DNA of 64,000 nt from Candidatus Eiseniibacteriota bacterium (GCA_026388185.1 JAPLKG010000014.1:276319-340318); one strand, 5' to 3'; shown: positions 40,501-52,882, counted from the stretch's first letter. Notes: generated by a model not told the origin, from the sequence alone. Translations and numbers: made by a program.

Positions 40501-41214
40501 ATGTTCAGATCATCGGTAATGGTAATCGTTGGCGTTTGTCTGCTTTTCGGACAAGCTCTTGGCTGCGGGACTCAGCTTTGCTGGAACACGGTCGTGCCGC
40601 GGAACATGGTAGGTTTCGATTTGAACGTAATCTCTACTGTCGACGGGCCTGACAAGTCGGGGCTGTATACCTACACGTACACGATTTACAGGCTCGACAA
40701 CGGGTTGAAGCTCGACAACGGAGCGTGGGTCCTTTACCGAGAGATCAGTCACATCTCTTTCTGGTTTCCCTGTGGGCCGGCCGCAGAGAGGAGCATAGTG
40801 AACGGCAAGTACGGCATCTCTGTTAGTTGCACGGACGCGGGGCAGTGTCCGACAATTGAAATGGGTGGAAGTCGTGGCATGGTTGAGCCCGTTATGAGCA
40901 GATCGTGCAGCGTGTTCTGGGGGTTCAAGCTTGACGCATGTGTCTGCCCCGACGACAGAATCTTCCTTCTTCCCAATCTCAATAAGATTTCTTTCCCCAC
41001 CGACCCCGAGGATCCCCACTGCACCATCACGTTCAAGAGTGGTAGCGCACCCGAGTGGGGCAAGTGGCTCGCGAAAGGCGGTGCCACACGGGGTGGGCTA
41101 CACGATGGAATGGGTTGGGTCTACGATGCTGGCGACATCAAGGTTCCGACCTGCGTTCCCGCTGTTGACGTCGGAGACATGACGTGGGGTGCAATCAAGG
41201 CAACCTACCGCTAG
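40501..41214 (+). CDS. Secreted Cys-rich hypothetical protein (possible lipoprotein)
   Basis: Signal peptide MFRSSVMVIVGVCLLFGQALGCG, about 14 Cys, no known domain. Confidence 0.4.
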   Translation: MFRSSVMVIVGVCLLFGQALGCGTQLCWNTVVPRNMVGFDLNVISTVDGPDKSGLYTYTYTIYRLDNGLKLDNGAWVLYREISHISFWFPCGPAAERSIVNGKYGISVSCTDAGQCPTIEMGGSRGMVEPVMSRSCSVFWGFKLDACVCPDDRIFLLPNLNKISFPTDPEDPHCTITFKSGSAPEWGKWLAKGGATRGGLHDGMGWVYDAGDIKVPTCVPAVDVGDMTWGAIKATYR

Positions 41215-41337
41215 CGCCGGCCACGAACACATAGCCCGTCGTATACCCTCACGCGTTCAATTCCGTTTGACACAACTAGAATAGCGGATTAGCATCTCAC
41301 CGCACGTTCTGTTCTGAACCTTTCGCAGGAGGAGGAC

Positions 41338-42993
41338 ATGGAAGGAGAGCAAAGCCTAAGGGCCTTGTCTGACGAGTATTTTGACTTCTACGTTGAATCC
41401 TACCCCGAAATGGCCACGGTCGTGGGGCTTCACACCTTCGATGACAGGCTGACTCGCTACGATCGGGCCTCCATCGACAAGCAAGTGCGAGCATTCCGCG
41501 GATTCAAGAGGCGCGCCGAAGAGCTCTTGTCCGCCGGAGGGCTCTCCACAACCGCTTCGATAGATGCGAGACTCATCGCCAGCAACTGTGAGATTCAGGT
41601 CCTCGAGATCGAAAAGATGATGAAACCCTGGGTCGATCCCACCCTCTACATCGAAATGAGCCTGTATGGGTTGTTCCTTCTCGTTTCCAGGGAAGTCGTC
41701 CCCGTCGAGAAGCGTGCCAACTCGGTGGCCGGAAGATTGAGAGAGTTCGCTCGCGTGCTGGTCGAAGCTAAGCAAAACCTGGAAAACCCGCCGTCCATTT
41801 TTACGAGGACGGCCCTCGGCATGCTCAAGGGCGCAGACGCTTTCGTGAAGGAAACCGTTCGTCACTTCGGCGACAGCTTGGCCGGAGCAAGAAGCGAGTT
41901 GGAATCAAGTTCAACAATCTGCATCGAGGCCATGAGGGATTTCGAGACCTACCTGGAAAACGATCTCCTGCCAAGATCAAACGGGGATTTCGCCATAGGA
42001 CGCGATCTCTTCGAGACCAAGCTAAGGGTGCAGCACATGTTGGACGTGGACACGAAGACACTCGAAAAGATGGGCCGCGCGCTCTTACTGGAGACCAAGG
42101 AGCAGATAGAACACCTCAGTAACGAGTTGCACCCCGGCAAGAACTGGAGAGACGTGATCGAGGCCCTCAAGGAGCACCATCCCGACGCCTCGATGCTGAG
42201 AAGTGAATACGAGGAGCACATGAGGAAGGCAAGAGAGTTTGTTCTTGCCAAGGATCTTGTTCCTATCCCGGCTGGCGAAGAACTCACGGTCATTGACACT
42301 CCCTCTTTTGAACGAGGGACCATCCCTTACGCTGCATACGTCAGCCCGGGGCCCTTCGATGAAAAGCAGGAAGGCCTCTTCTTTGTCACGCCCGTGGATA
42401 CGAGCGCGCCGATTGAGGTACAGCGGGAACAGCTCAAGGGACACAGCTATGCTTCAATGGTGTTAACGGCCCTGCACGAAGGTTATCCGGGTCATCACTT
42501 GCAGTTCATTCATTCTAACCGCGTCCCCACCAAGCTTCGGCATTTATGCGGGAATACTGTTTTTGCGGAAGGATGGGCGCTATATTGCGAAGAGCTCATG
42601 AAGGAAGCCGGCTTCTACAGGAGCAGGGAGGTTGAGCTGTTTCAGTTGAAGGACATGCTTTGGAGGGCAGCGCGCGTGGTCGTAGATGTGGGGTTGCACA
42701 CGAAAAGCATGAGCTTTGATGAAGCGGTCGAGTTTCTGATCTCCGAAGCGTTGATAGAACGCCCCAATGCCGTTGCCGAAGTCAGGAGATATACCAACTC
42801 GCCATCTCAACCCTCGAGCTACGCCGTAGGAAAGGCCGAGGTTCTGGCTCTTCGAGACGGCGAGAAACAACGGCTCGGCCCTAACTTCAACTTATCCAGA
42901 TTCCACGAAAAGCTTCTGAGCTCAGGCACCATTCCATTCAAGCTGGTCAAGGAGGAACTGGGAGCGAAAGACGAGAGCTCGCGAGAAAAGTGA
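41338..42993 (+). CDS. DUF885 family protein (putative metallopeptidase-like, HEGYPGHH motif)
   Basis: 551 aa with HEGYPGHHLQ, EGWALYCE. Confidence 0.6.
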   Translation: MEGEQSLRALSDEYFDFYVESYPEMATVVGLHTFDDRLTRYDRASIDKQVRAFRGFKRRAEELLSAGGLSTTASIDARLIASNCEIQVLEIEKMMKPWVDPTLYIEMSLYGLFLLVSREVVPVEKRANSVAGRLREFARVLVEAKQNLENPPSIFTRTALGMLKGADAFVKETVRHFGDSLAGARSELESSSTICIEAMRDFETYLENDLLPRSNGDFAIGRDLFETKLRVQHMLDVDTKTLEKMGRALLLETKEQIEHLSNELHPGKNWRDVIEALKEHHPDASMLRSEYEEHMRKAREFVLAKDLVPIPAGEELTVIDTPSFERGTIPYAAYVSPGPFDEKQEGLFFVTPVDTSAPIEVQREQLKGHSYASMVLTALHEGYPGHHLQFIHSNRVPTKLRHLCGNTVFAEGWALYCEELMKEAGFYRSREVELFQLKDMLWRAARVVVDVGLHTKSMSFDEAVEFLISEALIERPNAVAEVRRYTNSPSQPSSYAVGKAEVLALRDGEKQRLGPNFNLSRFHEKLLSSGTIPFKLVKEELGAKDESSREK

Positions 42994-43008
42994 AGGCGCT
43001 CTATTGTT

Positions 43009-43789
43009 CTATGCCAGAGCGGTTCCGGCCTTGGCGTGTTCGCGGGTTTTTCTCACAAGCAGTCTGCTCAGTTCGCTTCTGAGAGAGCCCTTGTCGAGAC
43101 GTCTCTTGAGAACGCCGCGGGAGGCTATGGAGATCGCCCCCGTCTCGCCCGAGACGACGATGACAACCGAATCGGTTTCCTCGCTAAGCCCTATGGCGGC
43201 CCTGTGTCTCGTGCCGAGATCGGCGGCCAGACGAGGATTCTCGCTCAAGGGAAGGAGACAACCTGCAGCCACCGCCTCGTCTCCACTTATGATCACGGCA
43301 CCGTCGTGCAGCGGAGAAAGCGGTGTGAAGAGTGTGAGAAGAAGCTCGGAAGTGACCTTCGCGTTCAGGGGGGTGCCGGTTTCTTCATAATTACGCAGCC
43401 CGACGTCTCTTTCTATTGCTATCAGGCCGCCTTTTTTCTCCTCTGACATTTCTTCCACTGCCTTCAGGATCTCGCCGAGCATACCGAACTCCTGAACCCT
43501 TATGAAGGAACCGAACAGTCTGTTTTGACCAATGAGGGCCAGGCCCTTTCTCAATTCCGGCTGGAATATTATTACGAATGCGATAACCCAGACCGTCTTG
43601 AGACTGGTAATGATCCAGTTTAGCGCGTTGAGCTGAAACCACTGCGCCACCAGCGAGGTTACAACCAGTACGACGAGACCGGCGAACATCTGCGAAGCGC
43701 GTGTGCCCTTTACAAGCATGAAGAGCTTGTAAAAAAGAAATGCCACGATGGCGATATCAATCAGATCAAGATACAGGTGCTGACCAAAA
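43009..43789 (-). CDS. cdaA: Diadenylate cyclase CdaA (DisA_N) with N-terminal TM helices
   Basis: DGA (PLHDGAVII), GTRHRAAIGLSEETD and SGETGAISIA motifs. Start ATG 43789 with GAGGGG RBS. Confidence 0.85.
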
Positions 43790-44085
43790 ATCCCCATCAC
43801 ATGGTTCCCCTCAGCCTTTCGCTCGAATAGCCGCTCAAGGCATTGGCATCGCCGCGGCAACCGAAGTCGATGCAGCGCTTGCCGTGGACTCTCTCCGGGC
43901 AGATTACGATGACTCGTTGCCGATTCTTACCACATCTCCCCGAGAGTTGCATCATTTTTCAGGCGGAGCCGCCATTTTCAGGTCAGGTACACGCGTCTAT
44001 CCCCCGGCCGACTTCGGAATCGTCCAGGATTCCCAGAGGCGCCGGGCCGCAACGGTCGAATCCCCCGGCCCTCCTGCTGCCGACT

Positions 44086-44979
44086 TCATGCTTTTGCCAC
44101 CGCGTCGGCGATGGCGGCAGCTTCTCGTGCCTCTCTCACGTCGTGGACTCTCACCATCGAGGCGCCGGACAGAATGCTGACGACGACCGCGGCCAAAGTC
44201 CCAGGGAGCCTTTGGTCGACCGGAAGATCGAGGAGCTGACCGATAAAGGCTTTTCTCGACGGTCCGACCATGATCGGTCTCTGCATCGATTTCAGTTGAG
44301 ACAGGTTCTTCAGGATTGTCAGATTGTGCGAGAGTTCTTTCCCAAATCCGATACCCGGATCGACCATCATCGATTCGAATTTGACTCCAGCCGTTCTGGC
44401 TCGCTCCATCGCTTTCCTGAGAAAGTCGGCTATCTCAACCATAACGTCGTCGTATTCCGGATCGTTCTGCATCGTGGCGGGAGTGCCCTTCATGTGCATC
44501 AGTATGAGACCGGCTCCATACTTGGAAGCCACGCACGCGAGTTCGGGGTCGAATCGAAGCGCGCTCACGTCATTGATTATGTGCGCACCGGCGTCCAGGG
44601 CAGCTTCGGCAACCGAAGACTTGTAAGTGTCCACCGATATGATCACATCAAAGCGTCGTGCGAGCTCCGAGATGACAGGCACGACCCTGGTTTTCTCTTC
44701 GGATTCGTTGACTGGCGTGGAATTCGGTCTCGTGCTTTCTCCGCCGACGTCAATTACGTCTGCCCCCTCCTCTATCATTCTTTCGGCGTGTCTCAGGGCC
44801 GTCTCGGGCCTGAGGAACGTTCCTCCGTCCGAGAAAGAGTCGGGGGTTACGTTCAGTATGCCTGCGACGTGAGTTCTCTTGGATAGGTCGAATTGTCCTC
44901 CGCGGAACACGAACGTCGCGTCGCTCGTCTCACATGCGTGCATCGTTTTCTCTGCGGTACCTGGTTGCGGCCGGTTCAC
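44086..44979 (-). CDS. folP: Dihydropteroate synthase
   Basis: GILNVTPDSFSDGG, DVIDVGGESTRP, pterin-binding TIM-barrel motifs. Confidence 0.9.
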   Translation of the reverse strand: MNRPQPGTAEKTMHACETSDATFVFRGGQFDLSKRTHVAGILNVTPDSFSDGGTFLRPETALRHAERMIEEGADVIDVGGESTRPNSTPVNESEEKTRVVPVISELARRFDVIISVDTYKSSVAEAALDAGAHIINDVSALRFDPELACVASKYGAGLILMHMKGTPATMQNDPEYDDVMVEIADFLRKAMERARTAGVKFESMMVDPGIGFGKELSHNLTILKNLSQLKSMQRPIMVGPSRKAFIGQLLDLPVDQRLPGTLAAVVVSILSGASMVRVHDVREAREAAAIADAVAKA

Positions 44980-45635
44980 TATTTCGAGGTGCGGCGCGTT
45001 CCGGCGCGCTTGTGCGGCGCCTTTTTCCTGGCTCTCGAGTCGGCTTGGCTGCCTATCAAGGAGAGAGCTTCAGCTCTTGTTCGTTCTTCAAGCATCGCGC
45101 CTCTCGCGGCGGTCGAGATCGTCTTTGCGCCGGGTTTGTGGGTGTTATTCATGGCCATGCACAAATGCTCGGCTTCGATGATAACAAGCAGCCCTCTTGG
45201 ATCGAGAGCCTTCGTCAGTTCGTCCGCAATCTCATTAGCCAGGCGTTCCTGTAATTGGAGCCTCCGGGACAGAACCTCGACGGTCTTCGTGAGACTGCTC
45301 AGTCCTGTGACGCGATTCTTACTTGGCAAGTAGGCGAGGTGTATCTTTCCGAAAAAGGGAAGCAGATGGTGCTCGCACATCGAATGAAAAGAGATGTCTC
45401 TCACCAGAATCATGCCGTCCTGATTGTCGACACGATATAGTTTGAGGCCTCCCGCAGGCTTCTGGCCGATTCCGCTGAAGATTCTTTCGTAAAGCCGGGC
45501 GACACGGCGAGGAGTATTCTTGATTCCTTTCCTCTCCGGATCCTCTCCTATCGCCTCGAGGATGGAGCGGACGGCTTTCTCAATCTTCGCGAGCCTCACC
45601 AGTCGCTGCGTCCTGTGTTTGCGCACCTCCCTCAC
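44979..45635 (-). CDS. folE: GTP cyclohydrolase I (FolE) with basic C-terminal tail. Start may be internal (overlaps ftsH 3' end).
   Basis: [54 protein letters not shown] (Cys-His zinc site). Confidence 0.85.
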   Translation of the reverse strand: MREVRKHRTQRLVRLAKIEKAVRSILEAIGEDPERKGIKNTPRRVARLYERIFSGIGQKPAGGLKLYRVDNQDGMILVRDISFHSMCEHHLLPFFGKIHLAYLPSKNRVTGLSSLTKTVEVLSRRLQLQERLANEIADELTKALDPRGLLVIIEAEHLCMAMNNTHKPGAKTISTAARGAMLEERTRAEALSLIGSQADSRARKKAPHKRAGTRRTSK

Positions 45636-47733
45636 GGGGTTCAGTCCTTTCCGTTCCAGAAGGGGATTCCGTCTGATTGATCTTGGGGATTTCTTGCTGG
45701 CCCTGCGCTGGAGTGCGTGGAGTTCGCGTCTTACTGACGGGCTCCAGCTTCTCCCCTCGGAGCACTCTGTCTATTTCCTCGCTGTCCAGAATTTCTCTTT
45801 CCAGAAGCGCGATGGCAAGGTCGTTGAGTTTTTCCCTGTTCTCAAGAAGAAGCTTCCTGGCTTTCTCGTGCGATCCTTCCACTATGGCCTTTATTTCTTC
45901 ATCTATGGAGACGGCCGTCTTCTCGCTGTAGTTCTTCTGCTGGGAAATCTCGCGCCCCAGGAAGATGAGCTCCTCTCTCTTGCCGAGAGTCACCGGACCG
46001 AGTCTCTCGCTCATGCCCCACTCGCACACCATCTTTCGTGCTATCTCGGTAGCAGTCTCGATGTCGTTTGCGGCGCCGTTGGTGATTTGATTGAGTACCA
46101 GCTCCTCCGCCGCTCGTCCTCCCATAAGCGTGGTGAGGGTCATGAGAAGGTAATCCCGCGTCCTCGTGTATCTTTCGTCGATCGGAAGCAAGTGGGTGAG
46201 CCCGAGGGCTCTTCCCCTGGGGATGATTGTAACTTTGTGAATTGGGTCCGAGCCGGGCTGTAGCCTGGCTATTAGAGTGTGGCCGGCTTCGTGGTAGGAA
46301 GTCGTGCGCTTCTCTTCGTCGCTTATGATGAGACTTCTTCTTTCCGTGCCCATCATGACCTTGTCTTTCGCCTCCTCGAAGTCCTCCATGAGGACTTTCT
46401 TTCTGTTCCTTCTTGCGGCGAGGAGAGCGGCCTCGTTGACGAGATTCGCAAGGTCTGCGCCGGCAAGCCCGGGCGTCGCTCTGGCGAGCACTTTGAGATC
46501 CACGTCTTCTGACAGCGGGATGCCTCTCGTGTGTACGCGGAAAATGCCTTCGCGACCGCGGACGTCGGGCCTGTCAATCACGATCTGTCTGTCGAAACGG
46601 CCGGGTCTCAAGAGCGCGGGATCGAGAACATCCGGCCTGTTGGTGGCAGCCAGGAGTATGACTCCTTCGTTTGAATCGAAGCCGTCCATCTCGACCAGGA
46701 GTTGATTGAGGGTCTGTTCCCGTTCGTCGTGTCCTCCTCCGAGGCCCGCGCCGCGCTGCCTCCCGACGGCGTCTATTTCATCGATGAAAATTATGCATGG
46801 GGCGTTCTTCTTCCCCTGATCGAACAGGTCTCGGACCCTCGAGGCCCCAACACCTACGAACATCTCGACGAAGTCGGAGCCACTCATGCTGTAGAATGGT
46901 ACGTTGGCTTCTCCGGCCACGGCCTTTGCGAGCAGCGTCTTCCCGGTCCCGGGAGGACCGAGAAGAAGCGCGCCTTTTGGAATTCTGCCACCGAGGCGTT
47001 GAAACTTCTTCGGTTCCTTTAGAAACTCTATTATTTCCTCGAGCTCTTGCTTTGCTTCGTCGGCCCCGGCCACGTCTCTGAACGTGACCTTGGGTCTGTC
47101 TTCGAGAATCACTTTGGCCTTGCTTCTTCCAAACTTGAGGGCGGCGCTCCCACCGGCCTGCATCTGACGCATTATGAAGAGCCAGAATGCGACTATGAGA
47201 ACGATAGGAAGCCAGGAGACGAGCATTCCAATCCAGTTCATGCCTTCCGGCTGGGACGTGATCTCGGCGCCCGGGAACTTCTTCCATATTTTGTCGGGAA
47301 GGTCGGCGTCCTCCGTGGGGAGCCATACCTTGAAGTTTTTGAACGTGAGCTTCCTGCCGCGATAGTCCGTCTCGGCCTGGGCTTTAAGTTCTCCCGTCAC
47401 TTGCTTACCGGACAATGTCAGCGACGCAATGTTGCCCGCGTTGATTTCCTTGAAGAATCTCGAATAAGAGATCTCCACATCTTTAGGTTTCGCGGAGAAA
47501 TAGAATTCAAAGAGGAGGACAGTGAGAAGAATCAGCATGATCCAGAACGCCATCGTTTTGAACGGTTTTACCGGCGACAGGGGTATGCCCCTTCGGGGGC
47601 CTCTAATTCTTCCACGAGGAGGAAGAGGAGGCTTGTCGTCTTGTTTCTGGAGCTTGTCTCCTCCGGGTCGAGATCTATCTTCGGGTGGAAGCTTTTCTTC
47701 AGGAGATTTCTTCTCGGGTTTTGTCAAATGCAT
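45580..47733 (-). CDS. ftsH: ATP-dependent zinc metalloprotease FtsH (canonical)
   Basis: Two N-terminal TM helices, [49 protein letters not shown]. Confidence 0.95.
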   Translation of the reverse strand: MHLTKPEKKSPEEKLPPEDRSRPGGDKLQKQDDKPPLPPRGRIRGPRRGIPLSPVKPFKTMAFWIMLILLTVLLFEFYFSAKPKDVEISYSRFFKEINAGNIASLTLSGKQVTGELKAQAETDYRGRKLTFKNFKVWLPTEDADLPDKIWKKFPGAEITSQPEGMNWIGMLVSWLPIVLIVAFWLFIMRQMQAGGSAALKFGRSKAKVILEDRPKVTFRDVAGADEAKQELEEIIEFLKEPKKFQRLGGRIPKGALLLGPPGTGKTLLAKAVAGEANVPFYSMSGSDFVEMFVGVGASRVRDLFDQGKKNAPCIIFIDEIDAVGRQRGAGLGGGHDEREQTLNQLLVEMDGFDSNEGVILLAATNRPDVLDPALLRPGRFDRQIVIDRPDVRGREGIFRVHTRGIPLSEDVDLKVLARATPGLAGADLANLVNEAALLAARRNRKKVLMEDFEEAKDKVMMGTERRSLIISDEEKRTTSYHEAGHTLIARLQPGSDPIHKVTIIPRGRALGLTHLLPIDERYTRTRDYLLMTLTTLMGGRAAEELVLNQITNGAANDIETATEIARKMVCEWGMSERLGPVTLGKREELIFLGREISQQKNYSEKTAVSIDEEIKAIVEGSHEKARKLLLENREKLNDLAIALLEREILDSEEIDRVLRGEKLEPVSKTRTPRTPAQGQQEIPKINQTESPSGTERTEPREGGAQTQDAATGEARED

Positions 47734-49286
47734 TTCACCTCAACGCTAAGGATTAGTTCCGTTGTCTCGTTTACAGAAGCCGCGTTGCTCCTTCGTATAC
47801 CGACCACCCAGAGTACTTGACTCTGGTCGCAGAAGGCGGCCAGTCTCTTTCTCCTTGACCTTGGTACTTTCAGATCGACCAGAAGGTCCTGGATCTTCCT
47901 CGTGCCGTCCATGCCGAACGGGGTCATCCTGTCCCCGGGCTCGAGACTGCGCAGGACGAGGGGTGGCGTGAGCTTTTCAAGATCAAAGATCACTCTGTCG
48001 GGTCCGCTCTTGAGCAAATCGCCCCCGCCAGGCTCCTTTGCGCCGGGCTTCCCTGTCGTGGGTCCATCGGCCGACAGCTTTTCGCTCCGCGCATCCTTAC
48101 CCAGTACCCTGCTGTCGATCTCAAGCCCTATGAGCGGTAGCGACACCGCGTTGCCGGGCTCGAGTCGGACAGCGAATTTCGGCGCAACAGCTCGCTCGGA
48201 ACGCAGCGTTGAGGTGCGTCCGATCCAGAGCCTCCGTCCATCCAGCCATGCGCTTTTGCCCAACGCGATGTCAACCGAGTCACCTGATTGCCCCGAGGAA
48301 ATCAGACCGATCAGGGATGCGACGTGAGTGAAGCTAAGATCCCTGAGGCTGCCGCAAAGTCTACGATACGCCTCTCTAAGGATGTAGCTCTGTACAAAAG
48401 TATGATAGGACAGGAGGGAGGTTAGTTCAAGTTGAATGTGCTCACGCGTTTCCTCGCGGACACAGTTGCGGTATGCTTCTGAAGCCACTTTGCTCAGGTA
48501 GTCTTCCGCTTCTGCGACCAGAGACGCATGAGAGCTCAGTACCTCGACGATTCGCGGATTGTATTTCTCTCTTAGGATCTCCACAAGCTCGTGACGGACT
48601 CTGTTCCGCATGAAAGCCGCGTCAACATTGGAGGCGTCCTCCCGGTATGCGATCTGCCTCGAAGCAATGAATTCATTGACTTCAGCTCTACTCGTGGCGA
48701 GAAACGGCCTGATGAAGAAGAGTCCTGAATCCGGCCGACTCTCTCCATCTGACACGCCCGGCATCGCACTTGTGCAGGTCTCGGAGATTGTCTTTGTCCC
48801 AACCTTCGAGATCGGTTTCATTCCCGAGACGCCCAGAATGCCCGCGCCCCTGATGATATGCATGAGGACGGTCTCGGCCTGGTCGTTCATGGTGTGGCCG
48901 AGAGCGATTTTGTTGTGGCCGTGCGCGGCTGCTCTGTCTTTCAGAAAGCCATGTCTGAGCTCGCGCGCAGCTTCCTCCGTCGAGAGCTTGGCACTTTTGG
49001 CGAACGACGGTGCATCGGCTCTTCCAACGTGGCAGGCAATCCCGAGTCCCAGGCACATTTTTTCGACGAAGTCTGCGTCCTCGTCCGCGGCGTTTCCCCT
49101 GATTCCGTGATTGAGATGCGCGGCCTCGAGAGTGAAACCCATGTCCCTGTGCAAGTCGAACAAGACTTGGAGCAAAGCCACGGAGTCTGCTCCTCCGGAC
49201 ACGGCCACCAGAACAGAGTCACGCGAGACGATGAGCCCCTTCGTCTCAATGAACTCTCCGACTTTTTTCGCTAACATCCCCGACAT
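47724..49286 (-). CDS. tilS: tRNA(Ile)-lysidine synthetase TilS
   Basis: PP-loop [14 protein letters not shown]. Classic tilS-ftsH linkage. Confidence 0.85.
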   Translation of the reverse strand: MSGMLAKKVGEFIETKGLIVSRDSVLVAVSGGADSVALLQVLFDLHRDMGFTLEAAHLNHGIRGNAADEDADFVEKMCLGLGIACHVGRADAPSFAKSAKLSTEEAARELRHGFLKDRAAAHGHNKIALGHTMNDQAETVLMHIIRGAGILGVSGMKPISKVGTKTISETCTSAMPGVSDGESRPDSGLFFIRPFLATSRAEVNEFIASRQIAYREDASNVDAAFMRNRVRHELVEILREKYNPRIVEVLSSHASLVAEAEDYLSKVASEAYRNCVREETREHIQLELTSLLSYHTFVQSYILREAYRRLCGSLRDLSFTHVASLIGLISSGQSGDSVDIALGKSAWLDGRRLWIGRTSTLRSERAVAPKFAVRLEPGNAVSLPLIGLEIDSRVLGKDARSEKLSADGPTTGKPGAKEPGGGDLLKSGPDRVIFDLEKLTPPLVLRSLEPGDRMTPFGMDGTRKIQDLLVDLKVPRSRRKRLAAFCDQSQVLWVVGIRRSNAASVNETTELILSVEVKCI

Positions 49287-49461
49287 ACTCCAGCCTTCTT
49301 CAGGAAAACGGTTTGTGCTCTGCTCCGATTTCCTACATTTCCTACGAAGGTGTCACGCCTGAAGTTATCACAAAAAACACCCCTCTGTGCCCAATTTTCT
49401 TGCCGGACGCGAGTCGCTTTCTGCCTGATTGTCGTCCCGGGGACTTGGTACATGAGGAGGG

Positions 49462-49538
49462 TGGTGGCGGTGCAGGGATTCGAACCCCGGACACAAGGAT
49501 TATGATTCCTCTGCTCTGACCAACTGAGCTACACCGCC
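49462..49538 (-). tRNA. tRNA with CAT anticodon (elongator Met or Ile2/lysidine substrate), CCA encoded
   Basis: Reverse complement GGCGGTGTAGCTCAGTTGGTCAGAGCAGAGGAATCATAATCCTTGTGTCCGGGGTTCGAATCCCTGCACCGCCACCA folds as a cloverleaf: 7-bp acceptor, D-arm GCTC/GAGC, anticodon loop AUCAUAA, T-arm CCGGG/CCCTG... . Confidence 0.8.
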
Positions 49539-49851
49539 AGAGAGTCATAGGGAGCAATCAAATTCTGAAGCTAGGCACCGGCTTGCGCCCTGTCGAGGCG
49601 GAAGCCCCAGGTAATTCTCCAAAAGAGAATACTGGAGGGTGCGCCGCTCGTCAACTGCAAAGAAGGCGGGATGTCGTGGATAGACGGGGGGAGCTCGCCT
49701 GTCACGGCAGTGGGGCGACCCGTGTTCATCTGTACAACTACCCTCATTACCGGTATTGACAGTTTTGACCGTGCCCGTATATACTGGACTAACCTTCTTG
49801 GTGCATCCGCTTCTCACCGGGGCATGGTTCGTCTGAAAGGAGTTCCATCGT

Positions 49852-50511
49852 ATGAAACTCGTCCGGTTTGTTGTCATTGCAGGCCTTCTGCTTTCTATAC
49901 TCTGTGGGACGTCCTTTTCTGCTGACGTAACCGGGCGCGCCTTCATGGGTAGCTCAGTCGGAACAATGCTCTTCATCTCTGACGACCAAATGAACGGGTC
50001 CAAGATCTGGGTGGGCGGCTACAAGATGAGTAGCGGCGTCAAGCCGAGGCCTTACGGAGACGTGAGTTTCGGTTACGTCTTCAAGCCCTATCTCTCCGCC
50101 CTGGTGAGCGTCGGTTACGGCTGGGAGGCATACAAGTTCGATGACCTGCGAGTCACGACTGCCAGGCCCATCACCGTGGGGGTTGAGTACAGGTACGGGA
50201 CCCGGAAGTATGTGCCCAAGGCAGGGATCGGCGTAGGTTACTACGTGTGGTCCGTGCTCGAAGACAGGAAGGTCATGAAAGATCCGATCACGAGGGAAGA
50301 ACTCAAGCGCGGCAACCCCGGCGGGTATGTGATGGCAGGTGTTGAGTATTTCATGAGACCCGATCTGACCATCGGCGGTGACGTGGTAGGCCATCACGTA
50401 TTCTCCGAAGACATCGAGGCTTTCCCGTCAGGATATGCGTACAACAAAGATATACTCTCCATGAAACTGGGCTTGAAGTACTACTTCGTGTCCAAGAAAA
50501 AGGGGTCCTAG
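49852..50511 (+). CDS. Outer-membrane beta-barrel protein (OMP_b-brl-like)
   Basis: Signal peptide, alternating beta-strand pattern, C-terminal LGLKYYF. Confidence 0.6.
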   Translation: MKLVRFVVIAGLLLSILCGTSFSADVTGRAFMGSSVGTMLFISDDQMNGSKIWVGGYKMSSGVKPRPYGDVSFGYVFKPYLSALVSVGYGWEAYKFDDLRVTTARPITVGVEYRYGTRKYVPKAGIGVGYYVWSVLEDRKVMKDPITREELKRGNPGGYVMAGVEYFMRPDLTIGGDVVGHHVFSEDIEAFPSGYAYNKDILSMKLGLKYYFVSKKKGS

Positions 50512-50521
50512 GCCCCGACTG

Positions 50522-51337
50522 ATGCTTCTCACTGGTCTCGTTGACTATCACTTACACACTAAACTCTGCGGCCACGCCCGAGGCGAGGTCGAAGAGTATA
50601 TTGACGCGGCCCGGGCTGCGGGTCTTGTCGAAGTAGGATTCGCAGATCATTTTCCGCTCTTGGGACGCGACAGAACGGGGCTCACGATGTCCCTGGAGGA
50701 GCTGCCGCTCTACTATGAGCGGGTGGCGGGCCTGAGGGAGAGCCACTCCGAAATTCGCGTGAAAGTGGGGATAGAGGCTGACTACATCCCCGGACAGGAA
50801 GCGCTCATAGAGAAACTGCTCAGTCTGTACGAGTTCGACTACGTGCTTGGGTCCGTACATCACATCGGGGACCTGGATGTCAGCAGTTCGCGGAATCTTG
50901 CCCGAGTCAATGCAATGGACTTCGACTCGCTTTACACCCAGTACTTCACCCTGGTAACGGAGTGCGCCGGAACGGGCTTGTTCGATATTCTGGCCCATCC
51001 CGACATTATCAAGAAGCACGGACATACCACCTCGCTTGACCCGAGACCTTTCTGGGAAGCGACCGTTGAAGCGACTGCGCGTGCCGGAATGTGCGTCGAG
51101 GTGAACGCCTCGGGTTTGCGGCGGCCGGTGAAGGAGATCTATCCCTGTGCAGAGTTTCTGGGAATGTGCCGGGAGGCCCGGATACCCATTACGCTTGGCT
51201 CGGACGCGCACGCGCCGTCCGAGGTGGGCTCCGGCATGGAGGATGCGGTCAGGCTGGCTCTTCAATGCGGGTACACTGAGAGCGTTCTCTTCTCGAGGAG
51301 AAAGGTCGAGGGGAGAGTGAAGCTAGGGGTGTCATAG
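50522..51337 (+). CDS. PHP-family histidinol-phosphatase
   Basis: VDYHLHT N-terminal His cluster, FADHFP, and further PHP His/Asp motifs. Confidence 0.7.
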   Translation: MLLTGLVDYHLHTKLCGHARGEVEEYIDAARAAGLVEVGFADHFPLLGRDRTGLTMSLEELPLYYERVAGLRESHSEIRVKVGIEADYIPGQEALIEKLLSLYEFDYVLGSVHHIGDLDVSSSRNLARVNAMDFDSLYTQYFTLVTECAGTGLFDILAHPDIIKKHGHTTSLDPRPFWEATVEATARAGMCVEVNASGLRRPVKEIYPCAEFLGMCREARIPITLGSDAHAPSEVGSGMEDAVRLALQCGYTESVLFSRRKVEGRVKLGVS

Positions 51338-51415
51338 CCTCATATACGTATATCTGTATATAAGACTATGACGCTTACCTCCTACTGTAGAGCGGCGAAA
51401 CACGGGGCCTTGAAA

Positions 51416-52882
51416 ATGCATGACAGATTTGTTGACGCGGACGGAATCACCTTCGACGACGTCCTAATCCTGCCTGCGCGTTCGACCGTGGTTCCTGCGC
51501 AGGTGGACGGCAGGACGCGCCTCACGCGAAACATCGAGCTCGGGATTCCGCTCGTGAGCGCTGCTATGGACACGGTGACCGAGGCGGCGCTGGCCATCGC
51601 AATCGCCAGGGAGGGCGGAATAGGCTGCATCCACAAGAACATGGGGATCGGAGAGCAGGCGGCGGAGGTCGACAGGGTAAAGAGAAGTGAGAGCGGGATG
51701 ATTGCCGATCCCATCACGCTTTCTCCCGAAGCTCCCGTCAGAGCGGCCCTGGAGCTCATGGATAAATTCAAGATCTCCGGCGTGCCGATTACCCAGGGCA
51801 AGAAGCTGGTGGGTATTCTCACAAACCGGGATCTGCGGTTTGTCGAAGACGTGAATTCGCCCGTGGGAAAAGTGATGACTCGCGAAGGCCTGGTAACCGC
51901 ACCTGAGGGGACGACGCTCGAGCAGGCGACGAAGATACTTCACAAGCACAAAATCGAAAAACTGCCGGTGGTGGACGCAGACTACAACCTTGTAGGATTG
52001 ATAACCGTCAAAGACATCATGAAGCGCATCAAGTATCCCCAGGCGTGCAAGGATTCGCAGGGGAGACTGAGGGTCGGTGCCGCCGTCGGCGTATCCGGGG
52101 ACCTCGAGGAAAGGGTGCTGGAACTCGTCAGGGCCGAGGTTGATGTGCTTGTTCTGGACAGCTCGCACGGGCATTCGGAGAATGTCATCAAGGCTGCAGA
52201 GAGCATCAAGAAACTGGCTGCCGGGATTGAGCTTGTGCTCGGCAACGTCGGGAGGGCAGAGGGCGCCGAGGAATTGATATCTGCCGGGGCCGATGCCATC
52301 AAGGTCGGGATGGGGCCGGGAGCCACGTGCACGACGAGAGTGATTGCCGGGGTCGGCGTGCCGCAGATTACTGCCATAATGGACTGCGTGCGCGTTGCCG
52401 ACAAAAAGGGTGTGCCGGTCATAGCGGATGGCGGGATAAGGCATTCGGGCGACATCGTCAAGGCCATTGCCGCCGGAGCAAGCTCGGTCATGATAGGGAA
52501 TCTCTTCGCGGGCACGGAAGAAAGCCCTGGCGAGACCATTCTCTACGAGGGCAGGAGTTACAAGCTCTACCGCGGGATGGGAGCGCCGGGTGCCATGAGG
52601 AGGGGGAGCGCCGACAGGTATGGCCAGGAGGCCGCCACCGCAGAGGCCAAGCTGGTTGCCGAGGGAATAGAGGGAAGAGTGCCGTACAAGGGTCCGCTTG
52701 GTCGGACTGTTTACCAGCTTGTCGGAGGCTTGAGAGCGGGGATGGGATACTGTGGTGCAAGAACGATACAGGAGCTGAGAACTACGGCCAAGTTTATCCG
52801 CATCAGCCCTGCGGCCCTCCGGGAAAGTCATCCTCACGACATAACCATTACACGCGAAGCGCCCAACTACGGGCTGCGTTGA
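51416..52882 (+). CDS. guaB: IMP dehydrogenase with CBS pair
   Basis: [20 protein letters not shown], catalytic-Cys loop [38 protein letters not shown]. Confidence 0.9.
   Translation: MHDRFVDADGITFDDVLILPARSTVVPAQVDGRTRLTRNIELGIPLVSAAMDTVTEAALAIAIAREGGIGCIHKNMGIGEQAAEVDRVKRSESGMIADPITLSPEAPVRAALELMDKFKISGVPITQGKKLVGILTNRDLRFVEDVNSPVGKVMTREGLVTAPEGTTLEQATKILHKHKIEKLPVVDADYNLVGLITVKDIMKRIKYPQACKDSQGRLRVGAAVGVSGDLEERVLELVRAEVDVLVLDSSHGHSENVIKAAESIKKLAAGIELVLGNVGRAEGAEELISAGADAIKVGMGPGATCTTRVIAGVGVPQITAIMDCVRVADKKGVPVIADGGIRHSGDIVKAIAAGASSVMIGNLFAGTEESPGETILYEGRSYKLYRGMGAPGAMRRGSADRYGQEAATAEAKLVAEGIEGRVPYKGPLGRTVYQLVGGLRAGMGYCGARTIQELRTTAKFIRISPAALRESHPHDITITREAPNYGLR

Noticed and set aside
45677-47820. 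Many overlapping ORFs inside ftsH, tilS, guaB, IMPDH and other genes (e.g. 46778-47326, 51464-52972, 52327-52911)
   Set aside because: Antisense or off-frame ORFs within confidently identified conserved genes. Compositionally biased translations.
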